Made by a program: the position numbers and the translations under genes | In this document: in pieces, positions 35,499 to 45,201 of the stretch | Position numbering within the stretch: the first letter of the stretch is position 1 | How the letters are laid out: every line of letters begins with the position of its first letter | Notes under the pieces: generated by a model | Databases searched by the model: none | What the model was told of the DNA's origin: nothing | Seen by the model: only the letters and a program-made list of their open reading frames with translations | Origin: Clostridiales bacterium | Lineage (GTDB): Bacteria > Bacillota > Clostridia > Christensenellales > Borkfalkiaceae | Direction: 5' to 3' | NCBI GenBank assembly: GCA_015055865.1 | Contig: SVHK01000001.1 | Coordinates: 6,628 to 70,627 of the forward strand | DNA: 64,000 bases

Positions 35499-37937
35499 TT
35501 AGCGCAATTCTACGCCGAGCTTGAATTTCAAATTGTTAAGAATTTTCTTCACGAACCCGTCCAAAGTTTCGGGTGTGAACGCCTTTTCCGCTTGTGCGTC
35601 GGGGGTAAAGGTAAGCGTGAACGCCATACTCTTTTTTCCTTCGGGAACTTGCCCACCGCGGTAAACGTCAAAAAGCACCGCCTTGGTTACGTATTTACAG
35701 GAATGCATAAGCACTTCTTCAATCTCCGCGCAGGTGTATTTTTCGTCCGCAATCAACGCAAGGTCGCGATTTACCGCAGGGAACTTAGGTAAGTTGGTAT
35801 AGCGGATTTTATCATCTAATACGCTCGCAAGCGCCGTTAAATTGAGTTCGCCAAGATATACTTTTTTATCCAAACCAAGCGAAAGGGCGATAGCAGGGTC
35901 GAGTTCTCCAAGTTCCCCTACTTCTTTGTTGTCTAAAAGCACTTTTGCGGACACGCCGGGGTGTAAATAGCTTTTTTCCGCGCGTTCGTACGTAAAGTTT
36001 ACGTGGAAAATTTCGGAAATTTTCTCGATTGCGCCTTTCATATCGAAGAAATCGTTTTTACCGCCCCAAATTCCCAAAACGAGTTTCTTTTCTTCTTTGG
36101 GTTGCGTTGCGACGGGCAACTCGTTGGGCTCGTACACGTTCGCAATTTCGAACTCTCTGCCTTCGTCGTTACCGCGACGGATATTGCGTACCGCGTTTAA
36201 GAGCATAGACGGAGCAAGGAAAGTACGCATTACGGACAATTCTTCGCTAATCGGATTTAAAATTTTCACCGCTTGACGCTCTTTCGCGTCTTGGGGAAGT
36301 TTCATTAAATCAAAATCTTTGGGAGAATAGAACGAATAGTTATAGGCTTCGTAAAAACCTTGTCCGCAAAGCGTTTGTTTTAAATGCAGTTCGCGTTTTT
36401 GTTCGTCCGTCAATCCGCCGCCCGTAACGCTCGCTTTCTCCAAGAACGTGGGCGTAACGTGCTCGTAGCCGTACATACGGATAATTTCTTCCGCAATATC
36501 GGGGTAACCGTCCACGTCGTCGCGATAGCCGGGAATAACCACTTTCAGTTGGTCGCCGTCAATTTCGGGTTTGAAATTTAAACGGGTTAAAATAGACAAA
36601 ATTTCCGCGTTCGGTACTTCAATCCCAAGCAACGCGTTGATTTTTCGTACGCTCGCCGTCATTTTTCTTTCTTCGAGCGGAACCGCGCACGCGTCCGCTT
36701 GCATTTTCGTTACTTTACCGCAACCGAGTTCTTCGATTAAATGCAACGCTCTAGCCATACCACGCGCGTTGGTATAAGCGTCCACACCCTTTTCAAAGCG
36801 CGACGATGAATCGGACGATTGGCCTAACGCCCTTGAAGTTTTTCTCACGCTATCTCTTGCAAATTTTGCGGATTCGAAGTATACGTTTTTGGTCTTATTA
36901 GTAACTCCGCTATAAAGTCCGCCCATAATCCCTGCAAGCGCGACGGGTTTTTCCGCGTCGCAAATCACGAGATTGTCTTTCGTGAGCGTAAATTCCTTTT
37001 CGTCGAGCGTAACGATTTTTTCGCCGTCGTTCGCGCGACGAACGATAATTTTTCCGCCCGCAAGTTCGTCCGCGTCGAACGCGTGCATCGGTTGTCCCAT
37101 TTCCAAAAGCACGAAGTTGGTAATATCCACTACGGGGGAGATGGAACGAATACCCGAAAGCGCCAAACGCTTTCTCATCCAAGCCGGCGTTTGCGCGTTC
37201 GTAATATTTTCAACGTAACGTCCAACGTAACGGGGGCAAAGGTCGGGCGCGGATACTTCCACGCTAATCTCTTTCGCCGAAGTTTCGGTTTCCGTGAAAG
37301 AATAATTCGGCTCTTTTAATGGCTGTTTCAACACCGCCGCCACTTCTCTTGCCAATCCTAAAATACATTGACAATCGGGGCGGTTTGCGGTAATGGACAC
37401 GTCGAAAATCCAATCGTCAAGACCGACGACTTGCTTAATATCCGTACCAACGGGTACGTCTTTTGCCAAATCCAATAACCCGTCCACTTCCGCGCCGGGA
37501 TAGAAATCGTCGTTAATCCCGAGCTCTTCGCCCGAACAGAGCATACCGAACGATTCCACACCGCGCAGTTTGCCTTTCTTGATTTTTTTAATGCCGTCGG
37601 GATTCTTTTCGAGCATTCTCTCGTCGCTTTCCACGACCGTCGAATTGTCGAGCGCGCAAGGGGTTTTCATACCCACGTACACGTTCGACGCGCCCGTAAC
37701 GATTTGAAGTTCCCGACCGTATTCTTCTCCACAATCCACTACGCAAATTTGCATATGGTCGCTATCGGGATGAGGCGTTAAGGATTTAACTTCACCTACT
37801 ACAACTCTATTAATTTTTTCGCCTAAATAAGAAAGTTCTTCCACTTCGAAACCGCAAGAAAAGAGCTTATCGGCAAGCTCCTCAGCGGAAACGGTAATAT
37901 CTACGTAATCTTTCAACCAACTTAAAGGTGCTTTCAT
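35499..37937 (-). CDS. pheT: Phenylalanine--tRNA ligase beta subunit
   Basis: An 812-aa protein with the N-terminal tRNA-binding domain MKAPLSWLKDYV, B3/4, B5 and FDX-ACB regions. It lies downstream of pheS. Confidence 0.96.
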   Translation of the reverse strand: MKAPLSWLKDYVDITVSAEELADKLFSCGFEVEELSYLGEKINRVVVGEVKSLTPHPDSDHMQICVVDCGEEYGRELQIVTGASNVYVGMKTPCALDNSTVVESDERMLEKNPDGIKKIKKGKLRGVESFGMLCSGEELGINDDFYPGAEVDGLLDLAKDVPVGTDIKQVVGLDDWIFDVSITANRPDCQCILGLAREVAAVLKQPLKEPNYSFTETETSAKEISVEVSAPDLCPRYVGRYVENITNAQTPAWMRKRLALSGIRSISPVVDITNFVLLEMGQPMHAFDADELAGGKIIVRRANDGEKIVTLDEKEFTLTKDNLVICDAEKPVALAGIMGGLYSGVTNKTKNVYFESAKFARDSVRKTSRALGQSSDSSSRFEKGVDAYTNARGMARALHLIEELGCGKVTKMQADACAVPLEERKMTASVRKINALLGIEVPNAEILSILTRLNFKPEIDGDQLKVVIPGYRDDVDGYPDIAEEIIRMYGYEHVTPTFLEKASVTGGGLTDEQKRELHLKQTLCGQGFYEAYNYSFYSPKDFDLMKLPQDAKERQAVKILNPISEELSVMRTFLAPSMLLNAVRNIRRGNDEGREFEIANVYEPNELPVATQPKEEKKLVLGIWGGKNDFFDMKGAIEKISEIFHVNFTYERAEKSYLHPGVSAKVLLDNKEVGELGELDPAIALSLGLDKKVYLGELNLTALASVLDDKIRYTNLPKFPAVNRDLALIADEKYTCAEIEEVLMHSCKYVTKAVLFDVYRGGQVPEGKKSMAFTLTFTPDAQAEKAFTPETLDGFVKKILNNLKFKLGVELR

Positions 37938-38068
37938 TTATTTCTCCTAATTTTCTAATTGCGACTTTTCGTCGCTCTACGCCTAACGGCGCGTAAACGC
38001 AATCGAAGATTGCTTTTTTATCTCTTCTTTCGTGGACTTTTTCCACTCCAACAGGACTTTTATTCCAT

Positions 38069-39079
38069 TTACTCAAATTGACTTATAAACCTAATATCGT
38101 TTTCGAATAAGGTTTTAATGTTGTTGATACCGTATTTAAGCATTGCGATACGCTCAACGCCCATACCGAACGCAAAACCCGTATATTCGTCGGGGTTTAC
38201 GCCACAGTTTTCAAGCACGTGGCGATTGACCATTCCCGCGCCGAGTACTTCAATCCAACCCGTACCCTTGCACAAACGACAACCCTTGCCACCGCATTCC
38301 GAACAACTCAAATCGACTTCTACGCTCGGTTCGGTAAACGGGAAATAAGACGGGCGCAAACGCACTTTGGTCGTTTCCGAGAACATTTTACGCGCAAACT
38401 CCGCAAGCATACCTTGCAAGTCGCAAAGCGTTATCCCCTTATCCACGACGAGTCCTTCCATTTGATGGAACATCGGCGAATGGGTCGCGTCGTCGTCCGA
38501 ACGGAATACTCTGCCGGGCGACAAAATTTTAATCGGGGGAGATTGTTTTTCCATCACTCGAATTTGCCCAGCCGAAGTTTGGGTGCGGAGCAAAAGATTT
38601 TCGGCGAGATAGAAAGTATCTTGCATATCCCTTGCCGGGTGGTCTTTCGGCGTGTTCAACGCGGTAAAGTTATAGTAATCCGTTTCGATTTCAGGGCCTT
38701 CGAAAACCTTAAAACCCATTCCTGCGAAAATGTCGATTAATTCGTTTTTAACGAGCGTAATCGGATGCAACGCGCCGTTTTTGCGATTTTTACCGGGCAT
38801 AGAAATGTCGATACGTTCCTTTTCGTACTTCGCTTGCATTTCCTTTTCGCGTACGACGATAGCGCGCAATTCGAACTTCTCTTCCATTGCTTGCTTGAAC
38901 TCGTTGACGATTTTACCAAACGCAGGTTTTTCTTCTTTAGGCAAATCTTTCATTCCGCCCATAATCGTCTTAAGCTCTGCTTGAAACTTGAGTTTTAATT
39001 GATACAACTCAGTTCCCGTCGCGGTTTTTTCCATTGCGAGCTCGATTTCGCTACGCAAGTTTTCAATTTTTTCTTTCAT
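38069..39079 (-). CDS. pheS: Phenylalanine--tRNA ligase alpha subunit
   Basis: Class II motifs are present ([46 protein letters not shown]). An AAGGAG RBS is present. Confidence 0.96.
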   Translation of the reverse strand: MKEKIENLRSEIELAMEKTATGTELYQLKLKFQAELKTIMGGMKDLPKEEKPAFGKIVNEFKQAMEEKFELRAIVVREKEMQAKYEKERIDISMPGKNRKNGALHPITLVKNELIDIFAGMGFKVFEGPEIETDYYNFTALNTPKDHPARDMQDTFYLAENLLLRTQTSAGQIRVMEKQSPPIKILSPGRVFRSDDDATHSPMFHQMEGLVVDKGITLCDLQGMLAEFARKMFSETTKVRLRPSYFPFTEPSVEVDLSCSECGGKGCRLCKGTGWIEVLGAGMVNRHVLENCGVNPDEYTGFAFGMGVERIAMLKYGINNIKTLFENDIRFISQFE

Positions 39080-39132
39080 ATTTCGTAAATTCTCCTTAAG
39101 AATTTATTTATTTTTTGTAATTGTTTATGGTG

Positions 39133-39500
39133 GTATTACTCGTCAACTGAGCAACGTCCCGTTGCATCGAGTCTTTCTATCTTTCCGCTACGCTTGGGTG
39201 TTACCTACTCGTCAACCAACCAAGCCTGTGCTTGGCGTTAGATACGAGCAAGACAAGAAGAGCGAGCATTTTCGCAGGGAGCGTACTTAGGCGTACGCGA
39301 CCAAAACGCACGCAGTTGCGACAATTATACGATTAAGCGTTATAGCCGTGCTTGGCGTTAGATACGAGCAAGACAAGGAAAGCGAGCATTTTCGCAGGGA
39401 GCGTACTAAATCGTACGCGACCAAGAAAACGCGGAGCTTGACGCAGTATTGCGAAGTATATAACGTCAAGCGTTATAATTGCGACGGTTATACGATTAAA
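39133..39500. repeat. Modular intergenic repeat, locus B (M1 unit followed by two M2 units at a 120-nt period)
   Basis: M1 spans 39133-39225, M2 39230-39345 and M2 39350-39500. The two M2 copies share gcttggcgttagatacgagcaagacaag-a-agcgagcattttcgcagggagcgtac. The locus lies between the T-box terminator and the pheS RBS. Confidence 0.85.
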
Positions 39501-39504
39501 CATA

Positions 39505-39770
39505 TAAAAGCCCTGCGAGAAAAAACCTTTCCTCGCAGGGCGTTAAACCGCTGTACCACCTACGTTCGTACGATAAACCGTACCTTATTTTCGCAATTAC
39601 GTCGCGTAATACGTTCCTTCCTACTTGCTTAAAAAATAAGTTTCAAAAGGACAGCTCCAAAGCGAAACGGCGTTTTTCCTTTCCACACGCGATTTTCAGC
39701 CCACGACCGCGCTCTCTTTCGAAGAAAATCAACGAAAAACCCAACTTTTTCATAGCCTTTATTCGATTGT
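39505..39770 (-). promoter_or_regulatory. T-box leader (tRNA-sensing riboswitch) of pheST
   Basis: On the minus strand it has an AGAGAG box, the T-box sequence GUAGGUGGUACAGCGG (39564-39548) and the terminator CCCUGCGAG...CUCGCAGGG plus CUUUU (39540-39505). A UUC triplet is present in the stem I 3' side. Confidence 0.75.
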
Positions 39771-39776
39771 AAATTT

Positions 39777-39805
39777 ATTATACCTTTTTTTAAAAATTAA
39801 GTCAA
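39777..39805 (-). promoter_or_regulatory. Sigma-A promoter of the pheS T-box leader (TTGACT-17-TATAAT)
   Basis: On the minus strand the -35 lies at 39805-39800 and the -10 at 39782-39777. Confidence 0.65.
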
Positions 39806-39827
39806 CCGTTTTTTTAATTAAACCCCG

Positions 39828-40478
39828 TTATTTTTCAGCGTTCGCTTTCAAAATATCTCGGATTTCTTTCAAAAGAAGAACGTTTTCGTTCGCTTTTTCT
39901 TCCGCCAATCTTTTTTCTTCTTCCAAAGCCTTTGCTTCTTGCATTTCCTTTTCCGCTTTCTTGATTTCCGCGTCTTTCACGTCTTGCAAATATTTCGCTT
40001 TCGCTTCCGCTTTGCTCATTCCTTGCATTCTATATTCAAAAATAATTTTCTTGCGTCTATAAATCACCATTTGTTCGTCCGCAAACTTATCTTGCGCCGC
40101 CGCGATTTTATTAATAATCCGAACGATGGAAAAGAGCACGAACGCAATCAATAAAAAGTTAATAATCGAACTGATAAACGAGCCCCAATCGATATAAATG
40201 GAGTTCGCTAAGTCAATCACTTTCGCGCCCGTTTCGTCAAGCGTATAGGCGGGAGAAAGCATCGTAACCGCACCTTCCAAACCGTCTTTACCAATTAAAA
40301 TCGCAATCAACCAATTAATAACCGGCTTTAAAATAAAATTACTCATTCCGTTGACAATCGCCGTAAACGCACCGCCAACGATAACGCCGACGGACATATC
40401 CAACACGTTCCCGCGCGTAATAAATTTTTTAAATTCCGCAAAAAACAACTTCACTTTTTCGCCTTTCACTTTCGCCAT
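39828..40478 (-). CDS. mscL: Large-conductance mechanosensitive channel with a long charged C-terminal extension
   Basis: The N-terminus FKKFITRGNVLDMSVGVIVGGAFTAIVN is canonical MscL. The protein is 216 aa versus the usual 130-150 or so, with a K/E/A-rich tail. Confidence 0.85.
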   Translation of the reverse strand: MAKVKGEKVKLFFAEFKKFITRGNVLDMSVGVIVGGAFTAIVNGMSNFILKPVINWLIAILIGKDGLEGAVTMLSPAYTLDETGAKVIDLANSIYIDWGSFISSIINFLLIAFVLFSIVRIINKIAAAQDKFADEQMVIYRRKKIIFEYRMQGMSKAEAKAKYLQDVKDAEIKKAEKEMQEAKALEEEKRLAEEKANENVLLLKEIRDILKANAEK

Positions 40479-40586
40479 TTATCTTTCTCCTTCGTTTTTT
40501 ATTATTTATTATTTTATCATATATATCCTAAAAAGTCAAGCCCGTAAACCCGGCGCGACGGACGAAAGATTTTCCATTTTCGTTAA

Positions 40587-40622
40587 GAAAAACGCAAATT
40601 CGACTTTTGGGACGAATTTGCG
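40587..40622 (-). terminator. Intrinsic terminator after nth
   Basis: A 10-bp stem cgcaaattcg / cgaatttgcg followed by U5 on the minus strand. Confidence 0.65.
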
Positions 40623-40630
40623 AATATCGT

Positions 40631-41263
40631 TTATTTTTTACTTTTCAAAAAGTCGCAATACTCTTGCAACGTACATTCTTTACAATTAGGTTTTTGCGAA
40701 TGACACACCTTTCTTCCGTGATAAATTATCCAATGATGCGCTTTCGCCCAATCGGAGGCAGGAATCGCTTTATTCAAACCCTTTTCCACTTCCAACGGCG
40801 TTTTGCCTTTGGCAAGCCCTAAACGGTTGCTCACTCTAAAAACGTGCGTATCCACGGCAATCGCCTGACCGCCAAACGCCACCGAATACACTACGTTCGC
40901 CGTCTTTTTCCCCACACCGGCAAGGCTCATTAATTCTTCTATCGTTTTCGGGACTTCGCCGTTAAACTTCTCTAAAATATCCCTGCTTGCAGAGAGTATA
41001 TGCTCCGCTTTCATACGGTAAAATCCGCAAGAAAAGATATACTTTTCAAGCTCGGCTTGCGAAAGCGTAACCATCTTTTCAGGCGTAGAATAATTTTCGA
41101 ACAACACCGCCGTTACTTTATTCACTCGCTCGTCCGTGCATTGCGCCGATAAAATTACGGCAACGAGCAATTCATAGGGAGTCGTATAGCGTAACGCAGG
41201 TTTCGCGTCTGGATATAATCTTTCAAGTTCGGCAAGCGCCTTTTTCTTATCCGTCCTTTTCAT
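40631..41263 (-). CDS. nth: Endonuclease III
   Basis: It has the HhH-GPD motifs LVAVILSAQCTDERVN and GVGKKTANVV, and the C-terminal 4Fe-4S cluster CxxxxxxCxxCxxxxxC. Confidence 0.93.
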   Translation of the reverse strand: MKRTDKKKALAELERLYPDAKPALRYTTPYELLVAVILSAQCTDERVNKVTAVLFENYSTPEKMVTLSQAELEKYIFSCGFYRMKAEHILSASRDILEKFNGEVPKTIEELMSLAGVGKKTANVVYSVAFGGQAIAVDTHVFRVSNRLGLAKGKTPLEVEKGLNKAIPASDWAKAHHWIIYHGRKVCHSQKPNCKECTLQEYCDFLKSKK

Positions 41264-41309
41264 ACGTTTATTATACCACGCCGACGAAATTTTTGCAAGC
41301 TTTTAAAGA

Positions 41310-41576
41310 CTACCTAAACGGAAAAATAAGCACTTTCCCGTTCATAAAATCCATTTTGTAGAACCCTTTAAAAGTCGAATATCTCGCCGTTAAAATAACG
41401 GCTTTCGCTCTTGTAAAAATCCGTTCGTCAAACCGCACGCAAAGTCCGCAACCGAGTTTCGCTTCTTTGGGCGTAGGCATCGTTTCCGCGCTTACGCCGT
41501 ATTTTTTCAATCTCGCCGAGCAATCGAGCGCTTGCGCTCGCGAACGAAATATAGCAAGTATCGTCATTTTAGTCAT
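41310..41576 (-). CDS. DUF3343 domain protein (putative S/Se carrier-like)
   Basis: An 88-aa protein with the pattern IFRSRAQALDCSARLKKYGVSAETMPTPKE...GCGLCVRF. It lies divergent from a class V aminotransferase. Confidence 0.65.
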   Translation of the reverse strand: MTKMTILAIFRSRAQALDCSARLKKYGVSAETMPTPKEAKLGCGLCVRFDERIFTRAKAVILTARYSTFKGFYKMDFMNGKVLIFPFR

Positions 41577-41635
41577 ACCACCCGTATCTTTAGAATACTA
41601 TATTTTATGACTTTCATTCAAAACGGGTGCTATTT

Positions 41636-42775
41636 ATGATTTATTTTGACAACGCCGCCACGGGAGGCACAAAACCCGAAACCGTTTTAACCGCCGTCAA
41701 GGGCGCGATTTCGCTTTGCGCTAACCCCGGTAGGAGCGGACACAAACTCTCGCTTGCCTGCGCGCAAACCGTTCAAAATTGCAGAACGGTACTCTCGGAA
41801 TATTTCGACGGCTACGGATTCGAACGCACGGTTTTTACGAAAAATTGCAGTGAAGCGCTCAATCTTGCCCTGTTCGGGCTATTAAAAAAGGGCGACCACG
41901 TCGTTACCACCACGCTCGAACACAATTCCGTACTCCGTCCTTTGGAAGTTTTACGCCAACGGGGAATAATCACCTACGACGTTTGCCCGCTCGTCAACGG
42001 CGAAATCTCGCCCAAGCAAATTTTACGGCTCGTCAAACCCCATACCCGTATGGTCGTTTTAACGACCGCGTCCAACGTAACGGGAAAGAGCGTACCCGTG
42101 TACGAGATTAAACAAGTTTTACCCGAAAACGTCCTGCTTATTTGCGACGGTGCGCAAGGGGGCGGACATTTACCGATTTCAATGAAAAAATGGGGCGTCG
42201 ACGCGCTTGCGCTCGCCGGTCATAAGGGGCTAATGGGCATACAGGGTAGCGGTGCGTTGCTCCTTTCCGAGCGTTGCGACGTTGAGCCGTTACTTTACGG
42301 CGGTACGGGGTCGAGTAGTTTTTCGCTCGATATGCCCGACTTTTTGCCCGACAGATTAGAAGTCGGCACACTATCTTTTCCTGCTATCGTTGCGCTCTAC
42401 GAAGGCGTGCAATACTTAATGACGGACGGAAAAAAGGCGAACGAAAAAACGTACGCCTTGACGAAATATTTATGCGAAAAACTTCACGCAAATCCGCATT
42501 ATAAAATATATTCCGCCCCAAATTTATGCGGTATCGTCGCGTTTGCAAACAGGAATTTGCAATCGGAAATCGTATCCCATCTTCTTTCGGACGTCTATTC
42601 GATTGCGGTACGGGGCGGACTGCATTGCGCTCCGCTTACCCATAAAGCGCTCGGAACGGGCGAGAACGGACTCGTTCGCGTGTCTTTTTCGCATTTCAAT
42701 ACCTACGCGGAAATCGACGAATTACTCGTCGCGCTTGACAAAATCGCAACCGCTAACGCCGACGGACTTATTTGA
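41636..42775 (+). CDS. Class V aminotransferase / cysteine desulfurase family protein
   Basis: It has YFDNAAT at the N-terminus and the PLP-Lys region AGHKGLMGIQGSG. The ATG at 41636 is preferred over the GTG at 41627. Confidence 0.85.
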   Translation: MIYFDNAATGGTKPETVLTAVKGAISLCANPGRSGHKLSLACAQTVQNCRTVLSEYFDGYGFERTVFTKNCSEALNLALFGLLKKGDHVVTTTLEHNSVLRPLEVLRQRGIITYDVCPLVNGEISPKQILRLVKPHTRMVVLTTASNVTGKSVPVYEIKQVLPENVLLICDGAQGGGHLPISMKKWGVDALALAGHKGLMGIQGSGALLLSERCDVEPLLYGGTGSSSFSLDMPDFLPDRLEVGTLSFPAIVALYEGVQYLMTDGKKANEKTYALTKYLCEKLHANPHYKIYSAPNLCGIVAFANRNLQSEIVSHLLSDVYSIAVRGGLHCAPLTHKALGTGENGLVRVSFSHFNTYAEIDELLVALDKIATANADGLI

Positions 42776-43099
42776 CTATATATTTTTAAGTTTTTTAACA
42801 ATCTCTTGCAATTTTTTTCTTTGGAAATCGTTCAACATCGGCGAAAACTGCGCGTAAAACTCGTCGATTTGCGCGTTTGAAAGTCTACCTTGCCGTTTCG
42901 CCTGCTCCGCTTCTTTCAAAATCCCTGCAAGCATCTGCGCGTTAGTTTTACCGTTATAATCCCCTGCGACCTGTTTAATCAAGTCTTCAATCGAACTCTC
43001 GTCAAATTTCGTTTGACTCGTCCCTGCCCCTGCCGTTTGTTTGTTTTCAGTTGCGTTTTCTTTTGGCGTATAGTCTTTAAAACTTCTCATAATTATCAC
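42776..43099 (-). CDS. Hypothetical small helical protein
   Basis: A 107-aa ORF with no recognised family. Confidence 0.5.
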   Translation of the reverse strand: MIIMRSFKDYTPKENATENKQTAGAGTSQTKFDESSIEDLIKQVAGDYNGKTNAQMLAGILKEAEQAKRQGRLSNAQIDEFYAQFSPMLNDFQRKKLQEIVKKLKNI

Positions 43100-43227
43100 T
43101 CCTTCAAACTTAAGATTAAGCCCCTTGTAGGGGCGCTCTTGCCCCTATTCAATTTAGAAAAAAGTTAATTTCTACATTATATTCTTCTCTTTCAAATTTC
43201 GTTCAAACAAAAAAAAGGAATCATTTT

Positions 43228-43539
43228 ATGGAACTTATTTGTTTATTTTGTTTATACTATCTCTCGCAAAACCCACAATTCTCGGAAAGCGTAAAACCAT
43301 TAATGTCCACGCTTAAAAACTCTGAACAAATGCTTAAATTTATCAACGATTTATCCAAGTTTTCGGCGTATTTTTCTTCGGGTGCTCAGCCCAACGACGC
43401 TCCGCCCAATCCACCGCCTAAGCCAAACGAGAAAAAAGAACAAGCTCCCAACGAAAAGAAAGAAAACCATTCCCCAACCGAAAAAATCGCAGACGAATTT
43501 ATCGAACAAGTGTTAGGCAATTATTTTAAGAATAGATAA
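43228..43539 (+). CDS. Hypothetical protein with a Pro/Lys-rich linker
   Basis: A 103-aa ORF followed by a strong terminator. No family was recognised. Confidence 0.45.
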   Translation: MELICLFCLYYLSQNPQFSESVKPLMSTLKNSEQMLKFINDLSKFSAYFSSGAQPNDAPPNPPPKPNEKKEQAPNEKKENHSPTEKIADEFIEQVLGNYFKNR

Positions 43540-43541
43540 AG

Positions 43542-43587
43542 CACCCGTCCTTGCTATCTACAGTCGGCAAGGACGGTGTCATTTTTT
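43542..43587 (+). terminator. Intrinsic terminator
   Basis: A stem cacccgtccttgc / gcaaggacggtg followed by T6. Confidence 0.7.
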
Positions 43588-43606
43588 GTTTTGCGCGCTC
43601 AATTCC

Positions 43607-43636
43607 TTGACTTTTATTATAAAAAAATGTTATAAT
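43607..43636 (+). promoter_or_regulatory. Sigma-A promoter (TTGACT-18-TGtTATAAT)
   Basis: The -35 lies at 43607-43612 and the extended -10 at 43628-43636. Confidence 0.55.
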
Positions 43637-43668
43637 ATTGTTACAGTATTAAACAAAGGAAAAGATTT

Positions 43669-44985
43669 ATGAAAGAAAAATTATCCATTTCTAAAAAGCT
43701 TTCTAAAAGAAAATACAAGCCCTGTCCGAAAATTATTACGTCCATTTATAAATTTATTATGGTCGATATTATCGGCAGAAAATACAAACCTAAGTTCAAC
43801 ATTATCGACGACGTAAACGATTGCGATGGGCCTTGTTTCGTTATTTTCAATCACTTATCCCGTCTTGACCATATCTACGTTTGTGGCGCAACCTATCCAA
43901 GAGTTACGAATATGATGGCGGCGCGCAACGAGTTTTATCGCAGTAAATTCTCGTTCGTTTTTGGTCTGAATAAAGTTATTCCTAAAAAGAACTACTCGCC
44001 CGACAGACTTGCTTTGCACGGCGTTAGCGAAGTTATTAAAGCAGGCGGTTGCGTAACGTTTGCGCCCGAAGGGTTGGCAAGCGATTACGGTGGAAATAAG
44101 CCCATCGTACCGGGGACAAGTAAAATGTTCAAGCATTTCAAAGTACCCGTCTATTTATGTTATTTGGAAGGACAATATTTGCAAAACACCAAGGTATGTT
44201 TGGACGAACGCTACGGCGAAACGAGCGCAACAATGTCTATTTTGTTCACAAAAGAAGATATTGAAAGATTGTCCGTAGAAGAAATGGACGACATTATCAA
44301 CGAAAAATTCCGTCGAAATGAATACGCTTGGAACGCGGAAAAGAAAATTAAGTGGGAAACGAAAGGCAGAATTTGCCATCGCTTGGAAGATTTTTGTTAT
44401 AAATGCCCCAAATGCGGTCAAGAGTTCACGATGAAAGGCGAAGGGGATAAAATCACCTGCTTAGCTTGTGGTAACGGCGCGACGATGGACGATTATTATC
44501 AATTCCACCCGTTTGAAAACGCAGTCATTCCCGAATCCCCGTTTGAGTGGGTAGAACAAGAACGTATGGATATCATTAAAGAAATCCGTGAAAACCCCGA
44601 TTACTTCTTCGAAGACGAATGTACTATCGGGAATTTGGACGAATACAAACTCGTCGGTAAAAATAAAACGAGCTTTATCGTAGGCGAAGGTAAAATCCGT
44701 ATCGACCACAAAGGTATGCACTACAAAGGAACGCGCAACGGCGAGCCGTACGAATTTACGGCGGATTACAAGAATTTGTACACGCTTATTACTGCCATTG
44801 ATACGAGTTTCTTCAACTTTTATCTTAAAGGCGAATACTTTGACGTATTCCCCAAACACCAAACGGTTGGAAAAATTCTTTTATTGGTCGAAGAAATGCA
44901 CCGCTATCACGTGAATTTCTACAAGAACTTCAAGTGGAACGATTATATGTATGAAGGTTTAGAACTGGGTATCGACAATAAATAA
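43669..44985 (+). CDS. PlsC-type (lysophospholipid) acyltransferase domain protein with a C-terminal zinc-ribbon domain
   Basis: It has the HX4D motif NHLSRLD, an FAPEG motif and a CPKCG...CLACG ribbon. Confidence 0.75.
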   Translation: MKEKLSISKKLSKRKYKPCPKIITSIYKFIMVDIIGRKYKPKFNIIDDVNDCDGPCFVIFNHLSRLDHIYVCGATYPRVTNMMAARNEFYRSKFSFVFGLNKVIPKKNYSPDRLALHGVSEVIKAGGCVTFAPEGLASDYGGNKPIVPGTSKMFKHFKVPVYLCYLEGQYLQNTKVCLDERYGETSATMSILFTKEDIERLSVEEMDDIINEKFRRNEYAWNAEKKIKWETKGRICHRLEDFCYKCPKCGQEFTMKGEGDKITCLACGNGATMDDYYQFHPFENAVIPESPFEWVEQERMDIIKEIRENPDYFFEDECTIGNLDEYKLVGKNKTSFIVGEGKIRIDHKGMHYKGTRNGEPYEFTADYKNLYTLITAIDTSFFNFYLKGEYFDVFPKHQTVGKILLLVEEMHRYHVNFYKNFKWNDYMYEGLELGIDNK

Positions 44986-44999
44986 ATTTAAAAAAATTA

Positions 45000-45035
45000 C
45001 CCCTTTGCGGTAAAAACCGCAAAGGGGATTTTTTT
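45000..45035 (+). terminator. Intrinsic terminator
   Basis: An 11-bp stem cccctttgcgg / ccgcaaagggg followed by T7. Confidence 0.8.
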
Positions 45036-45171
45036 GGCGTAGGAAGAGTATATTGGCTTACGCCAAAGTGTCGTTCGCAACCAACTCTGCTATTCTTTCC
45101 TACTCTTGCAACTTTGCTCACTCGCGCGAACCCCCGTTAATTCGGGCTTTCTTTTACGCTCTTCCTGCGCC

Positions 45172-45198
45172 AAAGAAAAAACAGCACTTCCGTGCTGT
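45172..45198 (-). terminator. Intrinsic terminator ending the tRNA-Ser transcription unit
   Basis: On the minus strand ACAGCAC GGAA GUGCUGU is followed by UUUUUUC. The stem can extend to about 27 bp through the flanking inverted tRNA 3'-end copies (45159-45218). Confidence 0.6.
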
Positions 45199-45201
45199 TT
45201 C

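Noticed and set aside
39230-39500. The M2 hairpin GAGCGUAC...GUACGC as a group II intron domain 5, or the modules as hammerhead or twister ribozymes.
   Set aside because: The stem is only 6 bp without the bulged D5 architecture. No CUGAUGA/GAAA hammerhead core or other ribozyme core strings were found by eye.
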